A DNA stretch of 64,000 nucleotides from an uncultured Bdellovibrionales bacterium (lineage in GTDB: Bacteria; Patescibacteriota; Minisyncoccia; Moranbacterales; UBA2206), in the NCBI GenBank assembly GCA_964406815.1, contig CAYOTC010000001.1, positions 70 through 64,069 on the forward strand. Direction: 5' to 3'. The translations under genes and the position numbers were made by a program. The notes below the pieces were generated by a model. That model saw only the letters and a program-made list of their open reading frames with translations. It was not told where the DNA came from and made no database searches. This document shows positions 19,800 to 30,148 of the stretch, one piece after another. Positions within the stretch are counted from its first letter, which is position 1. Every line of letters starts with the position of its first letter.

Positions 19800-20387
19800 A
19801 TGGACAGAGGTATGGAAATATTTGAAGATTTGGGTTGTGGCGAGTTTATTAATTTCGTCATCGACTCAATCATAGCTCAGGCTAGAGCTAGTGGCCTTGA
19901 AAAAGCAATGGTCCGCCTGGATGACGATAGGCTGACGACTATTATGTTGGCGTTGTCAGTCCAAACAGGACTCAAGGTTTCGGCAATCTCAATTCTGACT
20001 GACAAGCCTGTTGGAAAAGAATCGAGAATAGCTGAATTGTTTTGCCAAAGGTATGGGATTACTTTGGAAGTCTTTGATTCACTTGGTATTTATAAAGCGG
20101 CCAAGTTGCTTAGGTTTCCTCGAAGTGAGGAGCGGCTTAACGAATTTATTGAATCATCCGTTAGGGATATGGCGGATGAATATGAAGCCGTTCTGATTGG
20201 GCTGGAGCCACTTCGATTCCTTACAGAAAATCAAGTAGGGGATTTAAGCAGGTATCTCAGATTAACCGGTTTTGGGGAGGTTGTTCCTGTAGAAAATAAG
20301 CAGGAAGAAGATAAACCCGAAGAATTCCTTGAATTCTTCACAGAGATGGGAAAGCAAATGGAGGCGCTTTCCATTTCTAGCAATTAA
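19800..20387 (+). CDS. Hypothetical protein (195 aa) with its own strong promoter and RBS.
   Basis: Strong SD GGGAGG 8 nt upstream. No recognisable motif. Confidence 0.4.
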   Translation: MDRGMEIFEDLGCGEFINFVIDSIIAQARASGLEKAMVRLDDDRLTTIMLALSVQTGLKVSAISILTDKPVGKESRIAELFCQRYGITLEVFDSLGIYKAAKLLRFPRSEERLNEFIESSVRDMADEYEAVLIGLEPLRFLTENQVGDLSRYLRLTGFGEVVPVENKQEEDKPEEFLEFFTEMGKQMEALSISSN

Positions 20388-20509
20388 GAAATCCGAAAAA
20401 AAGTAAGGCTTGTTGAATTTTCAGCAAGCCTTCTTTTAATTTGTGAAATAGAGGAAAAAGTGATAAATTAGGTATATATAAAACTATTAAAACATAAATC
20501 TGAAATATT

Positions 20510-21730
20510 ATGGTTAAAGTTATTACTGATGAAAAAAAGATTGAAGAAATTCTGACTCGCGGAGTGGAACAGATTTTTCCCGACAAAGAATCTTTGAAAA
20601 AGAAGCTTATGAGCGGAGAGCGCTTGAAGCTTTATTGCGGATTTGATCCGAGCGCCAATGCGCTTCATATCGGAAACGCCATCCAACTCAATAAACTCCG
20701 GCAGTTCCAGGAACTTGGTCACGAGATTATTTTTCTTATCGGCGATTTTACCGGAATGATTGGTGACCCGACTGATAAAAGCGCGGCGCGCAAAAAAATG
20801 ACTCGCGAAGAAGTTTCGGAAAATTCCAAAGAATACCAGAAGCAAGCTTCCGGATATTTGAAATTCGATGGCGAAAATCCGGCGCGTGTTCTTCGCAACA
20901 GCGAATGGTCGGACAAAATAAATTTTAAGGATTTGATTGATATTTCATCCAATTTTACTGTCCAGCAGATGATTGCTCGCGATATGTTCCAAAAGAGAAT
21001 AAAAGAAGAAAAGCCGATCTATCTTCATGAATTCTTATATCCTCTGGCGCAGGGCTATGATTCGGTGGCGATGAATGTCGATTTGGAAATTGGCGGCAAT
21101 GATCAGATGTTCAATATGCTTTGTGGGCGCGATCTTATGAAGGCGATGAAAAACAAGGAGAAGTTCGTGCTGACCAATAAGCTTCTCTCTGATGAGACTG
21201 GCAAAAAAATGGGAAAGAGTGAAGGTAATGCGGTATTTCTCGACCAAACACCGAACGATATGTATGGCGCAGTGATGAGCTGGGCGGACGGAATGATTGT
21301 GCCGGGATTGGAGTTGGCGACTGCTCTTCCAACTTCTGAAATTGAAGAGATTAAGAAAGCTTTGGCTGATCCGGATAATAATCCGCGCGATTTCAAAATG
21401 AAGTTGGCGTTTGAAATGGTGAAAATCAATCATGGTGAAGAGGCGGCCAAATCCGCGCAAGAATATTTTGTGAATACTTTTTCCAAAAAAGAAATGCCGA
21501 CGGAAATAATGGATCTTAAGGTTAAGATTGGCGATTCGTTTCTTGACGCTATGTTTTCGGGTAATTTGGCTAGCAGTAAAAGTGATGCCAGGAGGAAACT
21601 TGAGCAAGGCGGAGTAGAAATTGATGGAAAAAAAGTTGAAGATGTTAAGGCGGAAATTACGAGAGATATGGACGGAAAAATCCTGAAAGTCGGGAAGAGG
21701 GATTTTCGGAAAATTGTAATTGAAAAATAA
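20510..21730 (+). CDS. tyrS: Tyrosyl-tRNA synthetase with C-terminal S4 domain.
   Basis: HIGN (HIGH-class) motif. KMGKS (KMSKS) motif. S4-like C-terminus. Confidence 0.85.
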   Translation: MVKVITDEKKIEEILTRGVEQIFPDKESLKKKLMSGERLKLYCGFDPSANALHIGNAIQLNKLRQFQELGHEIIFLIGDFTGMIGDPTDKSAARKKMTREEVSENSKEYQKQASGYLKFDGENPARVLRNSEWSDKINFKDLIDISSNFTVQQMIARDMFQKRIKEEKPIYLHEFLYPLAQGYDSVAMNVDLEIGGNDQMFNMLCGRDLMKAMKNKEKFVLTNKLLSDETGKKMGKSEGNAVFLDQTPNDMYGAVMSWADGMIVPGLELATALPTSEIEEIKKALADPDNNPRDFKMKLAFEMVKINHGEEAAKSAQEYFVNTFSKKEMPTEIMDLKVKIGDSFLDAMFSGNLASSKSDARRKLEQGGVEIDGKKVEDVKAEITRDMDGKILKVGKRDFRKIVIEK

Positions 21731-21769
21731 TAAAAGACGTGCGTTTTATATCATTAAATATATAAAAAT

Positions 21770-22054
21770 ATGGAATTTAAAGAATGGCCGGTTAAAAAAC
21801 CAATCAGGGAAAAGGTTGAAGAAGAAACTGTATATGAAAAAAATATAGGCGGAGAGGTTGTTACAGATAAAAGAATGGACAATATAACCAATGAGACGAA
21901 TAAATTCAGTGAAATCAATCTTCCTCCAGAAAAAGATGTTAATTTTGAAATGACTCCGGACGGCCAAAAGCGTGAAGGATATCGAACGAAAAAAGAATTG
22001 AAAGCGCTGAGAAAGCAGAAGGCAAAATATGAAATAAAAGATAGGGGATTATAG
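21770..22054 (+). CDS. Small basic hypothetical protein.
   Basis: ORF only. Confidence 0.3.
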   Translation: MEFKEWPVKKPIREKVEEETVYEKNIGGEVVTDKRMDNITNETNKFSEINLPPEKDVNFEMTPDGQKREGYRTKKELKALRKQKAKYEIKDRGL

Positions 22055-22086
22055 GACATAAAGTTTGTTAAAATAATATTAGTCTG

Positions 22087-22114
22087 ACCATCGCATCAAG
22101 CGATGGTTTTTCTT
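22087..22114 (+). terminator. Rho-independent terminator.
   Basis: gACCATCGCatcaaGCGATGGTttttt. Confidence 0.65.
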
Positions 22115-22116
22115 AT

Positions 22117-22145
22117 TTGTCAAAAACCCTCAGGTATTTTATAAT
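22117..22145 (+). promoter_or_regulatory. Near-consensus sigma70 promoter TTGTCA-N17-TATAAT upstream of ftsA.
   Basis: atTTGTCAaaaaccctcaggtatttTATAATtaaa. Confidence 0.6.
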
Positions 22146-22174
22146 TAAACCAATAAAATAAAAACATTTTACAA

Positions 22175-23440
22175 ATGGGATTTTTTTCAAAAATCTTGGG
22201 GAGAGGTTCTTCTTCGGGTTATTTTCTCTCTCTTGATATCGGGACGGAGGTCGTTAAGGCCTTGGTCTTTAGAATTGATTCCGAATCAGGAAATATTATC
22301 GTGAAAGGTGTTGGACGCGCTCGGCAAGGACTTAAGGATATGCATTCCGGTTCGGTTTCGGATATTTCCGGTGTGATTGAAAATTCCGCTCGCGCGATTG
22401 AACTGGCCAAACAAATGGCGGGCGTGAAAAAAGTTGAAAAAGCTATAATCGGAATTGCGGGAGAATTGGTGAAGGGAACAACTACAACCGTTCATTATGA
22501 AAGAATAAAACCGGAAATGAGAATTGACTTGCCGGAACTTAAAAATATTATCCAGAAAGTTCAGTGGAAAGCTTTTGATCGAATCAGAGCGCAACTGGCT
22601 TGGGAAACCGGACACAGTGAAATCGAAGTGAAGCTTATAAATGCCGCCATAGTCGATGTGCGGATTGACGGATATAAAGTAAACAACCCCTTGGGATTTC
22701 AAGGGCGCGATGTTTCCATTTCTGTTTTTAACGCTTATGCGCCGATGGTCCATTTGGGCGCTTTGCAAACGATTGCAGAAGAACTCAAACTTGATCTTTT
22801 GAGCATTGCTGCTGAGCCTTATGCGGTTGCAAAATCAATGGGAGTGGAAGATATAACTGATTTCAGCGCGATATTTATCGACATCGGAGGCGGAACGACT
22901 GATATTGCGGTTGTCCGAAATGGCGGATTGGAAGGGACAAAAATGTTTGCTCTTGGTGGTCGGGCTTTTACTAAGCGATTATCGCAGGAATTGGGCGTGA
23001 GTTTTGAAGAGGCGGAAGCTTTCAAGATTCGTTATGCAGAAGGAAAGCTTGGCAAAGATGTATCTATAAAAATCGAAAAAATACTTTCCGATGATTGCGG
23101 AATATGGCTTTCCGGAGTGGAATTATCTTTGCAGGAATTTGCCGACAATGATGTTTTGCCTTCAAAAATATTTCTTTGTGGAGGAGGTTCCGGGCTTCCC
23201 GGGATAAAAAGAGCTTTGATTTCTTCCGGTTGGGTGAAAAATTTGCCTTTTGCCAAGGAAGTTGAAGTGAGTTTTTTGCAACCAAGAGATGTTATTAATG
23301 TTATTGATGAGACTAGGGAGCTTAAGGATCCGCAAGATATAACACCGATGGGACTGGCCAATCTCTCGCTTGATCTGGTCGGAGAAGAAAAAGTTCTTTC
23401 GGGAATTTTGCGAAGAGCGGTTAAAATGATACAAAAATAA
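22175..23440 (+). CDS. ftsA: Cell division protein FtsA (actin-like ATPase) with a C-terminal amphipathic membrane-targeting helix.
   Basis: LSLDIGTEVVKALVF. FIDIGGGTTDIAVV. LCGGGSGLPGI. C-terminal GILRRAVKMIQK amphipathic helix. Confidence 0.7.
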   Translation: MGFFSKILGRGSSSGYFLSLDIGTEVVKALVFRIDSESGNIIVKGVGRARQGLKDMHSGSVSDISGVIENSARAIELAKQMAGVKKVEKAIIGIAGELVKGTTTTVHYERIKPEMRIDLPELKNIIQKVQWKAFDRIRAQLAWETGHSEIEVKLINAAIVDVRIDGYKVNNPLGFQGRDVSISVFNAYAPMVHLGALQTIAEELKLDLLSIAAEPYAVAKSMGVEDITDFSAIFIDIGGGTTDIAVVRNGGLEGTKMFALGGRAFTKRLSQELGVSFEEAEAFKIRYAEGKLGKDVSIKIEKILSDDCGIWLSGVELSLQEFADNDVLPSKIFLCGGGSGLPGIKRALISSGWVKNLPFAKEVEVSFLQPRDVINVIDETRELKDPQDITPMGLANLSLDLVGEEKVLSGILRRAVKMIQK

Positions 23441-23456
23441 ATTTATTTAATCATAT

Positions 23457-25511
23457 ATGAGTCATCAAACTTTTTTTATCGACATTGACGAAGAAATAAC
23501 TTCGATTGCGGAACGTATTCGCAAGGCGGAAAACAAAGAAGTCATTCTGGTTGTCCCCAAGAGAGCGCTTCTTATCCAAAGTATCGTTAATCTCAAGCTT
23601 CTTCAAAAAGAGGCAAAAAATCTTAAAAAGAAACTCAGTATAGTTACGCAAGATAAGCTCGGTAAAATGTTGATAGAGAAGGTCGGTATAGAATTAAGGC
23701 AGAAATTGGAAGATGATGAAGAAGCAATATCGGATAATCCTTCTGATATTAACAATAAAGAAAATATAACAAAAGAAAACGTGGAAGACTTAAAAATAAC
23801 AAAAATAAAAAAACGTTCAAAAAAAATGGGATCAGAAAATTTCTTTGATGATTCCGCCAATGAAACTATTAAGGATAATGAAAAGGATAGTGAAAAAGAC
23901 AAAAAGATCTTGCCGGTTATTGAAAATGACTGGAAAGAAGTGTCTTCTCAAGGTTTGGAAGATATGGAAAAAGATGGCTCCGAGGAGAAAATTATTAATC
24001 GAGAACTGGTTGTTGATATAGCGTCGGATATTAAGAAAAAACGTCCAACGAGCATGGATGTTTCCGTCCGGCGCAAAAAGGACAAACCTGTCGAGACCAT
24101 AAAAAGCGAGGGAGAATTAGAAATAAATTCTCAACCGGAATCTTCATTTTCTAGAATTGAAAGAGTTTCCAATATTTCAAGAGAGAGAATTATTCCAGCT
24201 GATTTTTCCTCAGAGGATATCGAAGAGGAAGAGCCCACAGTTTCCAATCGGGATGATAAGTTGGAGAATTTCTTTTCCGGGATGAAAAAAAATGAAGAAG
24301 ATGAATCGGAAAATATTTCCAATGGAAAGAAAGCTGGAAATTTAGGGAAAATTGTTAAAATGATTTTTGTTATTATTCTTATTCTTGGAATAGGCGCACT
24401 CGGTTATGTCGCTTATATTTTTGTTCCAAAAGCTACAATAACCATTGCTACTAAAAATGAACAAAAATCGGGAGAAATAGAGGCAATAGGCGATGTTCAG
24501 TTATCGCAGCTGGATTATTCCAGAAGGGCTGTTCCGGCCAAATTGGTTAAAATTGAAGATGAAGTTTCCAAAAGCTACAATTCAACCGGAAGCAAATCGG
24601 TATCAAACAAAAAAGCTCGAGGAATAATAACGATATATAACGAATATAGTTCTGCTTCTCAGCCACTGGTCGCCACGACGCGCTTTTTGAGCGAAGATAA
24701 TAAACTTTTCCGGCTTGTTAAACAGACTACTGTTCCCGGAATGACTGTTGAAAATGGAGTTTCAAAGCCGGGTTCGATTGAAGCGGAAGTTGTGGCGGAT
24801 GAATCCGGAGAAAGCTTCAATATCGGTCCTGCGAAATTTACTATCCCGGGATTTAAAGATAGCGGAACGGAAAAATATTCCAAATTCTATGCCAAATCGA
24901 CTTCTTCCATGACTGGTGGTGGAAATGGAAATGAGGAGATGACTTCAATTTCTGATCATGATATTGCTAATGCTAAAATGGATATCAATAACACTATTCA
25001 AAATTCTATCAAGGAAAAACTTAAATTGGCGGCCGGTAGCGGATTTATAATCCCAGACGATGCTTTCGATATTAAAGAACCGACATATAAGATTTCCAAT
25101 TCTCTAGGCGAAGTGGTTAAAAATTTCGAAGTCACTGCTAATGCTTCCGCTCAAGCGATTGCCTTTTCGGAAAGTGATCTTAGGAAATTAGCTAGTTCGA
25201 TAATTGCAAAATCAGGAAGTGGAAAATCGGACATTGATTCAAAAAATATAACCTTAGAATATGGAAAATCTACGCCTGATTTCACGCTCGGAAAAATTGA
25301 TATTCGCGCCCATGCCGAGAGCAGTTTTAAAAGAAGTATCGATATTGATAATTTTAAAAAAGGGCTTTTGGGAAAAAATAACGAAGAATTAGAGGCTTAT
25401 ATAAGGAATTATTCTGAAATAGAAAAGGCTGAAATAAGCTATTCTCCGCAGTTTTTCAACAACCGTGTGCCGATATATGAAAGTCGGGTAAATGTGGTAC
25501 TTGACAAATAA
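23457..25511 (+). CDS. Hypothetical bitopic membrane protein. N-terminal cytoplasmic domain, long acidic low-complexity linker, one TM (about residue 300), large extracytoplasmic domain.
   Basis: TM IVKMIFVIILILGIGALGYVAYIFV. D/E/K-rich linker. No known motif. Confidence 0.4.
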   Translation: MSHQTFFIDIDEEITSIAERIRKAENKEVILVVPKRALLIQSIVNLKLLQKEAKNLKKKLSIVTQDKLGKMLIEKVGIELRQKLEDDEEAISDNPSDINNKENITKENVEDLKITKIKKRSKKMGSENFFDDSANETIKDNEKDSEKDKKILPVIENDWKEVSSQGLEDMEKDGSEEKIINRELVVDIASDIKKKRPTSMDVSVRRKKDKPVETIKSEGELEINSQPESSFSRIERVSNISRERIIPADFSSEDIEEEEPTVSNRDDKLENFFSGMKKNEEDESENISNGKKAGNLGKIVKMIFVIILILGIGALGYVAYIFVPKATITIATKNEQKSGEIEAIGDVQLSQLDYSRRAVPAKLVKIEDEVSKSYNSTGSKSVSNKKARGIITIYNEYSSASQPLVATTRFLSEDNKLFRLVKQTTVPGMTVENGVSKPGSIEAEVVADESGESFNIGPAKFTIPGFKDSGTEKYSKFYAKSTSSMTGGGNGNEEMTSISDHDIANAKMDINNTIQNSIKEKLKLAAGSGFIIPDDAFDIKEPTYKISNSLGEVVKNFEVTANASAQAIAFSESDLRKLASSIIAKSGSGKSDIDSKNITLEYGKSTPDFTLGKIDIRAHAESSFKRSIDIDNFKKGLLGKNNEELEAYIRNYSEIEKAEISYSPQFFNNRVPIYESRVNVVLDK

Positions 25512-25698
25512 AAGCAACCTCGCTAATATAGTTAAAGATACTTATTAAAAGTAAATATTTGCAAATAGAGGGAAGTTTTTTATGCAAGAATTCGGATCGG
25601 TCCGTTTCCCGAATTATACGGATGCGTCCCAAAAAGGCGCCTTTGTTGTTTCGGGAAAAATTCCGTCTATTTTTTTATTTAATCCATTAAAGATTTTC

Positions 25699-25920
25699 AT
25701 GTCTAACGACAAAGAATTGGTAAAATTAGAAGGAGTCGTCGAGGAACTTTTACCAAGCACGACTTTCAAAGTTAAGTTGGATAATGGGCACGAAATACTT
25801 GCTCATATTTCAGGCAGAATGAGAGTGAACTATATCCGGCTAATTCCAGGAGATAGGGTTTTGGTTGAGATGAGTCCTTACGATCTTACTAAAGGAAGAA
25901 TAATTCAAAGAATGAAATAA
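25699..25920 (+). CDS. infA: Translation initiation factor IF-1. The track ORF 25582.. over-extends; the likely start is ATG at 25699.
   Basis: [60 protein letters not shown] matches the IF-1 S1-like fold. Confidence 0.85.
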   Translation: MSNDKELVKLEGVVEELLPSTTFKVKLDNGHEILAHISGRMRVNYIRLIPGDRVLVEMSPYDLTKGRIIQRMK

Positions 25921-25928
25921 TAAATTTT

Positions 25929-26042
25929 ATGAAAGTCAGAGCATCAGTAAAAAAAATATGCGATAAGTGCAAATTGGTTAAGCGCAAAAGAAAACTTTAT
26001 GTTATTTGCGAAAACCTGAAGCACAAACAAAGACAAGGATAG
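25929..26042 (+). CDS. rpmJ: Ribosomal protein L36 (37 aa; below the ORF-track size cutoff).
   Basis: Manual translation [37 protein letters not shown] shows a canonical L36 zinc ribbon. Confidence 0.85.
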   Translation: MKVRASVKKICDKCKLVKRKRKLYVICENLKHKQRQG

Positions 26043-26123
26043 CATTTGTTGAAAGTTGAAATTGTCAGAGTTTTGATAATCTCAATTTTTAATCAATTAC
26101 AACAATTATAACAATCCAACATT

Positions 26124-26510
26124 ATGATAAGAATTGCCGGAGTAAATATTCCAGATGAAAAGTTAATAGAAGTTTCCTTAACCTATATTTTCGGAATAGG
26201 CAGAAAGACTGCAATAAAGATTTTGGACGAACTTAAAATTGATCGTTCCAAAAGAGCTAAGGATTTGACCGAAGAAGAACAAAATAAAGTTCGGACATAT
26301 GTTGAAAAGAAAGCTAAAGTTGAGGGAGAATTGAAACTAGAAATCAGGGATAATGTCAAACGTTTGAAAGAAATCGGTTGTTATCGTGGCACTAGGCATC
26401 AAAGAGGGCTTCCTTCCAGAGGACAACGGACAAAAACCAACAACAGAACCGTTCGAGGAAATGTCAGGAAAACTATGGGATCCGGAAGAGTTAAGACCGA
26501 GAAGACTTAG
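26124..26510 (+). CDS. rpsM: Ribosomal protein S13.
   Basis: [30 protein letters not shown]... Confidence 0.9.
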   Translation: MIRIAGVNIPDEKLIEVSLTYIFGIGRKTAIKILDELKIDRSKRAKDLTEEEQNKVRTYVEKKAKVEGELKLEIRDNVKRLKEIGCYRGTRHQRGLPSRGQRTKTNNRTVRGNVRKTMGSGRVKTEKT

Positions 26511-26558
26511 AATGTTTTTAGTAGTGTTTAATTTTATGATTTTCAATTAATAATAAAT

Positions 26559-27038
26559 ATGGCTGAAGAAAAAGATTTAAAAAAAGAAATAGAAACCACG
26601 AAAGAATCATCCGCAGAAAAAACGGCCGTTTCTGAAAATGCGACTCCGACTGAGGCGGAAATCAAGAAAAAAGTCAAAAAAATCAAACGCCAAATCATAA
26701 AAGGGAGAGCGACTGTCAAATGTTCTTATAATAACACCATTATAAGCATTGCTGATATGAATGGGGGAACATTGGCTTGGGCTTCATCCGGACTTATCGG
26801 TTTCAAGGGAGCGAAAAAAGCTACTCCTTATGCATCAACTCAAGTTGTGGCGAATGTCAGTGAGAAAGTTAAGAAATACGGACTCAAAGAATTGGAAGTT
26901 TTTGTTAAGGGAGTGGGTTCCGGAAGAGAGGCTTCTATAAGAGCTTTGGCGAACAATGGTTTTGATTTAGTAAGTATAAAAGATATCACCCCAATACCGC
27001 ATAACGGTTGCCGGCCGAAAAAGCCGAGAAGGGTTTAA
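26559..27038 (+). CDS. rpsK: Ribosomal protein S11 (K-rich N-terminal extension).
   Basis: TPYASTQVVANVSEKVKKYGLKELEVFVKGVGSGREASIRAL. Confidence 0.9.
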   Translation: MAEEKDLKKEIETTKESSAEKTAVSENATPTEAEIKKKVKKIKRQIIKGRATVKCSYNNTIISIADMNGGTLAWASSGLIGFKGAKKATPYASTQVVANVSEKVKKYGLKELEVFVKGVGSGREASIRALANNGFDLVSIKDITPIPHNGCRPKKPRRV

Positions 27039-27067
27039 AATAAGCATATAAATTTATCAAGTTAAAT

Positions 27068-27700
27068 ATGGCAAGAGAAACTAACGCAAAATGTAGAAAA
27101 TGCAGAAGAGCAATGGAAAAACTTTTTTTGAAAGGTGATCGTTGCTATAGCGCCAAATGTGCTGTGGTTAAGCGCGCTTATGCTCCCGGAGTTCATGGAA
27201 AAAACATGACAAGGAATAAGAGCGAATACGGAATGCAACTTGCGGTCAAACAGAAAATAAAGAGAATATACGGAGTTTTGGAAAGACAATTCCGCAAACA
27301 TTTCGAGGAAGTCAGACACAAGAAAGGAGTGACTGGAGATCAATTGATACAAAGACTAGAAATGCGTCTTGATAACATTGTTTATCGCATAGGTTTTGCC
27401 ACTTCAAGAGCATTGGCCAGGCAACTCGTTAACCACGGTCTTATTGCTGTAAATGGCAAAAAACTTTCCATACCTTCCTATGAAGTAAAGGTTGGACAAG
27501 TAATTTCCATAAAAGATAATAAGAAAAATAAGAATTATTTCAAAAATATCGAACAATATTTGAAAAATAAAAAAGATTTTCCTTCGTGGATCAGTTTTGA
27601 TGAAAGCAAGTTGGAAGGAAAAATATCAAATCTCCCAATTAAAGATGAAATCGGCATCAATGTTGATGCCCAGGCAGTTGTCGAATACTATTCAAGATAA
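27068..27700 (+). CDS. rpsD: Ribosomal protein S4.
   Basis: MARETNAKCRKCRRAMEKLFLKGDRCYSAKCAV, with an S4 domain. Confidence 0.9.
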   Translation: MARETNAKCRKCRRAMEKLFLKGDRCYSAKCAVVKRAYAPGVHGKNMTRNKSEYGMQLAVKQKIKRIYGVLERQFRKHFEEVRHKKGVTGDQLIQRLEMRLDNIVYRIGFATSRALARQLVNHGLIAVNGKKLSIPSYEVKVGQVISIKDNKKNKNYFKNIEQYLKNKKDFPSWISFDESKLEGKISNLPIKDEIGINVDAQAVVEYYSR

Positions 27701-27788
27701 ATTAAAAAAGCCGACGTTGCTGGCTCCGGATTTTGAAATAATAATTTTCAAAATTTAAAAAAGCCAGAGAGTTACGGCCAAAAGCAAT

Positions 27789-28763
27789 ATGCAAATATCA
27801 CTCCCTCAAAAGCCAAAATTTACTCCGATTGACGAAAAAAGCGGAAAATTTGAAATTGAAGGATGCTACCCGGGTTATGGAATGACGCTAGGAAACGCTC
27901 TTCGTCGAGTGCTTCTGTCTTCTCTTTCCGGAGCAGCTATAATTTCCGTCAAAATCAAGGGAGTGAAGCACGAATTTTCAACGATTCCGAATGTCTTGGA
28001 AGATGTTATCCAGATAATTCTTAATCTCAAGCAGGTTCGTTTTAAATCTCATAAGGAAGAAGGAACTGTTACTGTTTCTCTTAAGGTTAAAGGCGAAAAG
28101 AAAATTACAGCTGGAATGATAGAATGTCCTTCAGATGTCGAGGTTATTACCAAGGATGCTCATATTGCAACTATCACTAGTCCGAAAGGCGAGATTGAGA
28201 TAGAAATGGAGATTGGAACAGGTATTGGCTACGTTCCGGTTGAACAGCAGAATCGCGAAACTAAAGAAGTTGGAACGATTGCAGTGGATGCGATTTATAC
28301 TCCGTTGAGAAGAGTCAATTATACGGTGGAAAATATGCGTGTCGGAAAAAGAACCGATTTTGAAAAGATAAATCTTGATATTGTTACTGATGGAAGTATT
28401 TCTCCGGAAGAAGCTTTTTCTAAAGCAGTAAGAATTCTTGTTGATCAGTTTTCGGTATTTTCTGATTTTGAAGAAAAGAAGATTGAAATTGAAAAAACTG
28501 AAAAAGTGAAAGAAATCAAAGAGGAAAAAGTGGAAGAAATTTCTGAAGATAAGAATGAAGATCCGAAGGAAACTGCAGTTGCTGATCTTAAAAGTCTCTC
28601 CACCCGAACACTTAATGTCTTGGAAAAAGAAGGCATAAATACAATAGGGGATATAATGAAGCTTACAGAGGATCAAATTGCCGAATTGGAAGGGATGGGA
28701 GAAAAAGGAATTAAGGAAATAAAAAAAGCTATTGGAGATTTCGGAATAAATTTAAAAAAATAG
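27789..28763 (+). CDS. rpoA: DNA-directed RNA polymerase alpha subunit.
   Basis: GYGMTLGNALRRVLLSSLSGAAI. C-terminal alpha-CTD HhH region. Confidence 0.9.
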   Translation: MQISLPQKPKFTPIDEKSGKFEIEGCYPGYGMTLGNALRRVLLSSLSGAAIISVKIKGVKHEFSTIPNVLEDVIQIILNLKQVRFKSHKEEGTVTVSLKVKGEKKITAGMIECPSDVEVITKDAHIATITSPKGEIEIEMEIGTGIGYVPVEQQNRETKEVGTIAVDAIYTPLRRVNYTVENMRVGKRTDFEKINLDIVTDGSISPEEAFSKAVRILVDQFSVFSDFEEKKIEIEKTEKVKEIKEEKVEEISEDKNEDPKETAVADLKSLSTRTLNVLEKEGINTIGDIMKLTEDQIAELEGMGEKGIKEIKKAIGDFGINLKK

Positions 28764-28835
28764 TAAAGATTAAATCGTGATTATGGCGGGATATATGTGT
28801 TATTTGTTTCGCCAGACGTTTTATACTAGATAATT

Positions 28836-29204
28836 ATGCGTCATCTAAAGAAAGGAAAAGAACTGGGAAGAGTCAGTGATAAGAGAAAAGCGTTGTTTCG
28901 TACAATGCTGGGAAGTTTGATAATGAATGAAAATATCAAAACCACTGAAACCAAAGCTAAGGAAATTAAAGGCAAGGTTGATCGTATTATAAATAAGGCC
29001 AAAAAAAGCAAGGATGAGAAGAAAAAAGTGGCAGTTATTCGTGATTTGAAAAAATATATTCCGGCTATGGCAGTTAAGAAAATAGTTGGTGAATTTTTGG
29101 ATAAGTTTTCAAAAAGAAACAGTGGCTATGCCAGAATAATTAAATTAGCTCCACGGAAGAGCGACGGAGCAAAAATCGCAGTTATAGAACTTATTACAGA
29201 TTAA
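28836..29204 (+). CDS. rplQ: Ribosomal protein L17.
   Basis: MRHLKKGKELGRVSDKRKALFRTM... Confidence 0.9.
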   Translation: MRHLKKGKELGRVSDKRKALFRTMLGSLIMNENIKTTETKAKEIKGKVDRIINKAKKSKDEKKKVAVIRDLKKYIPAMAVKKIVGEFLDKFSKRNSGYARIIKLAPRKSDGAKIAVIELITD

Positions 29205-29208
29205 ATTT

Positions 29209-29613
29209 ATGAAAAAACCAATTGACAGAAAATATCATTTATTCGATGCCGAGGGAAAGACTCCTGGAAGATTCGCTACTCAAATCGCTACGATTCTTCG
29301 CGGAAAGAATAAGATTGATTTCACTCCGCATATTGATGCGGGAGATTTTGTTGTTGTTATAAACTCTGACAAGATGAATGTTTTGGGAGGAAAAGAGCAG
29401 AAAAAAGTTTATTATCGATATTCAGGATATCCGGGCGGAATCACTGCTACGAGATTTGAAGAGCAGATGGAAAAAGATTCCAGAAAAATAGTCCAAGATG
29501 CGGTTTATGGAATGCTTCCGAAGAATAAATTGAGAAGCAATATGATGAATAGATTGCTTGTCTACAAGGACGATAAGCATGATCATAAGATAGAAATAAA
29601 TCATAATGCATAA
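29209..29613 (+). CDS. rplM: Ribosomal protein L13.
   Basis: KTPGRFATQIATILRGKNKIDFTPHIDAGDFVVVINSDK. Confidence 0.9.
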   Translation: MKKPIDRKYHLFDAEGKTPGRFATQIATILRGKNKIDFTPHIDAGDFVVVINSDKMNVLGGKEQKKVYYRYSGYPGGITATRFEEQMEKDSRKIVQDAVYGMLPKNKLRSNMMNRLLVYKDDKHDHKIEINHNA

Positions 29614-29683
29614 AATATTATAATGAGCATCATGAAATGTAGTCGGTTATAATTTACGATTCATGAGGCCAAGATTTGTTAAT

Positions 29684-30121
29684 ATGGCAACTAAGAATGC
29701 TAAAAAAGAAAATATCAAGAAAGACGATGTGAAATATTTCTATGCCGTCGGAAAAAGAAAGACTGCTATCGCTCAAGTCAGGATTTATCCGGTTGAAAAG
29801 TCGAAAGATTTTTCCGTAAATGATAGGAAGCTGGAAAAATATTTCACTATTCCAAGGCACGCTGAAGCGGCTAAGGCTCCTTTGGTGGCGACTGGTCAAG
29901 AAGAAAAATTCGATGTTTCCGTGCATATTATAGGCGGAGGAATTAATGCGCAATCTGAAGCAGTGAGGCTTGGAGTTGCAAGAGCTATTTTGAAATATGA
30001 CGAATCTTTCAGGAAGGCTTTAAGAGACTTGGGTTATCTTACTCGGGACTCAAGAATGGTGGAAAGAAAGAAACCTGGACTCAAAAAAGCAAGACGTGCT
30101 CCGCAGTGGGCAAAAAGATAA
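29684..30121 (+). CDS. rpsI: Ribosomal protein S9 (start at MATKNAKKEN; the track ORF begins at 29663).
   Basis: YFYAVGKRKTAIAQVRIYP...GGGINAQSEAVRLGVARAIL...KARRAPQWAKR. Confidence 0.85.
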   Translation: MATKNAKKENIKKDDVKYFYAVGKRKTAIAQVRIYPVEKSKDFSVNDRKLEKYFTIPRHAEAAKAPLVATGQEEKFDVSVHIIGGGINAQSEAVRLGVARAILKYDESFRKALRDLGYLTRDSRMVERKKPGLKKARRAPQWAKR

Positions 30122-30148
30122 AAGCGCTGAAGCGCTTTTTTTCTTTTT
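30122..30148 (+). terminator. Rho-independent terminator of the ribosomal-protein/rpoA operon.
   Basis: aAAGCGCTgAAGCGCTttttttctttttt. Confidence 0.7.
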
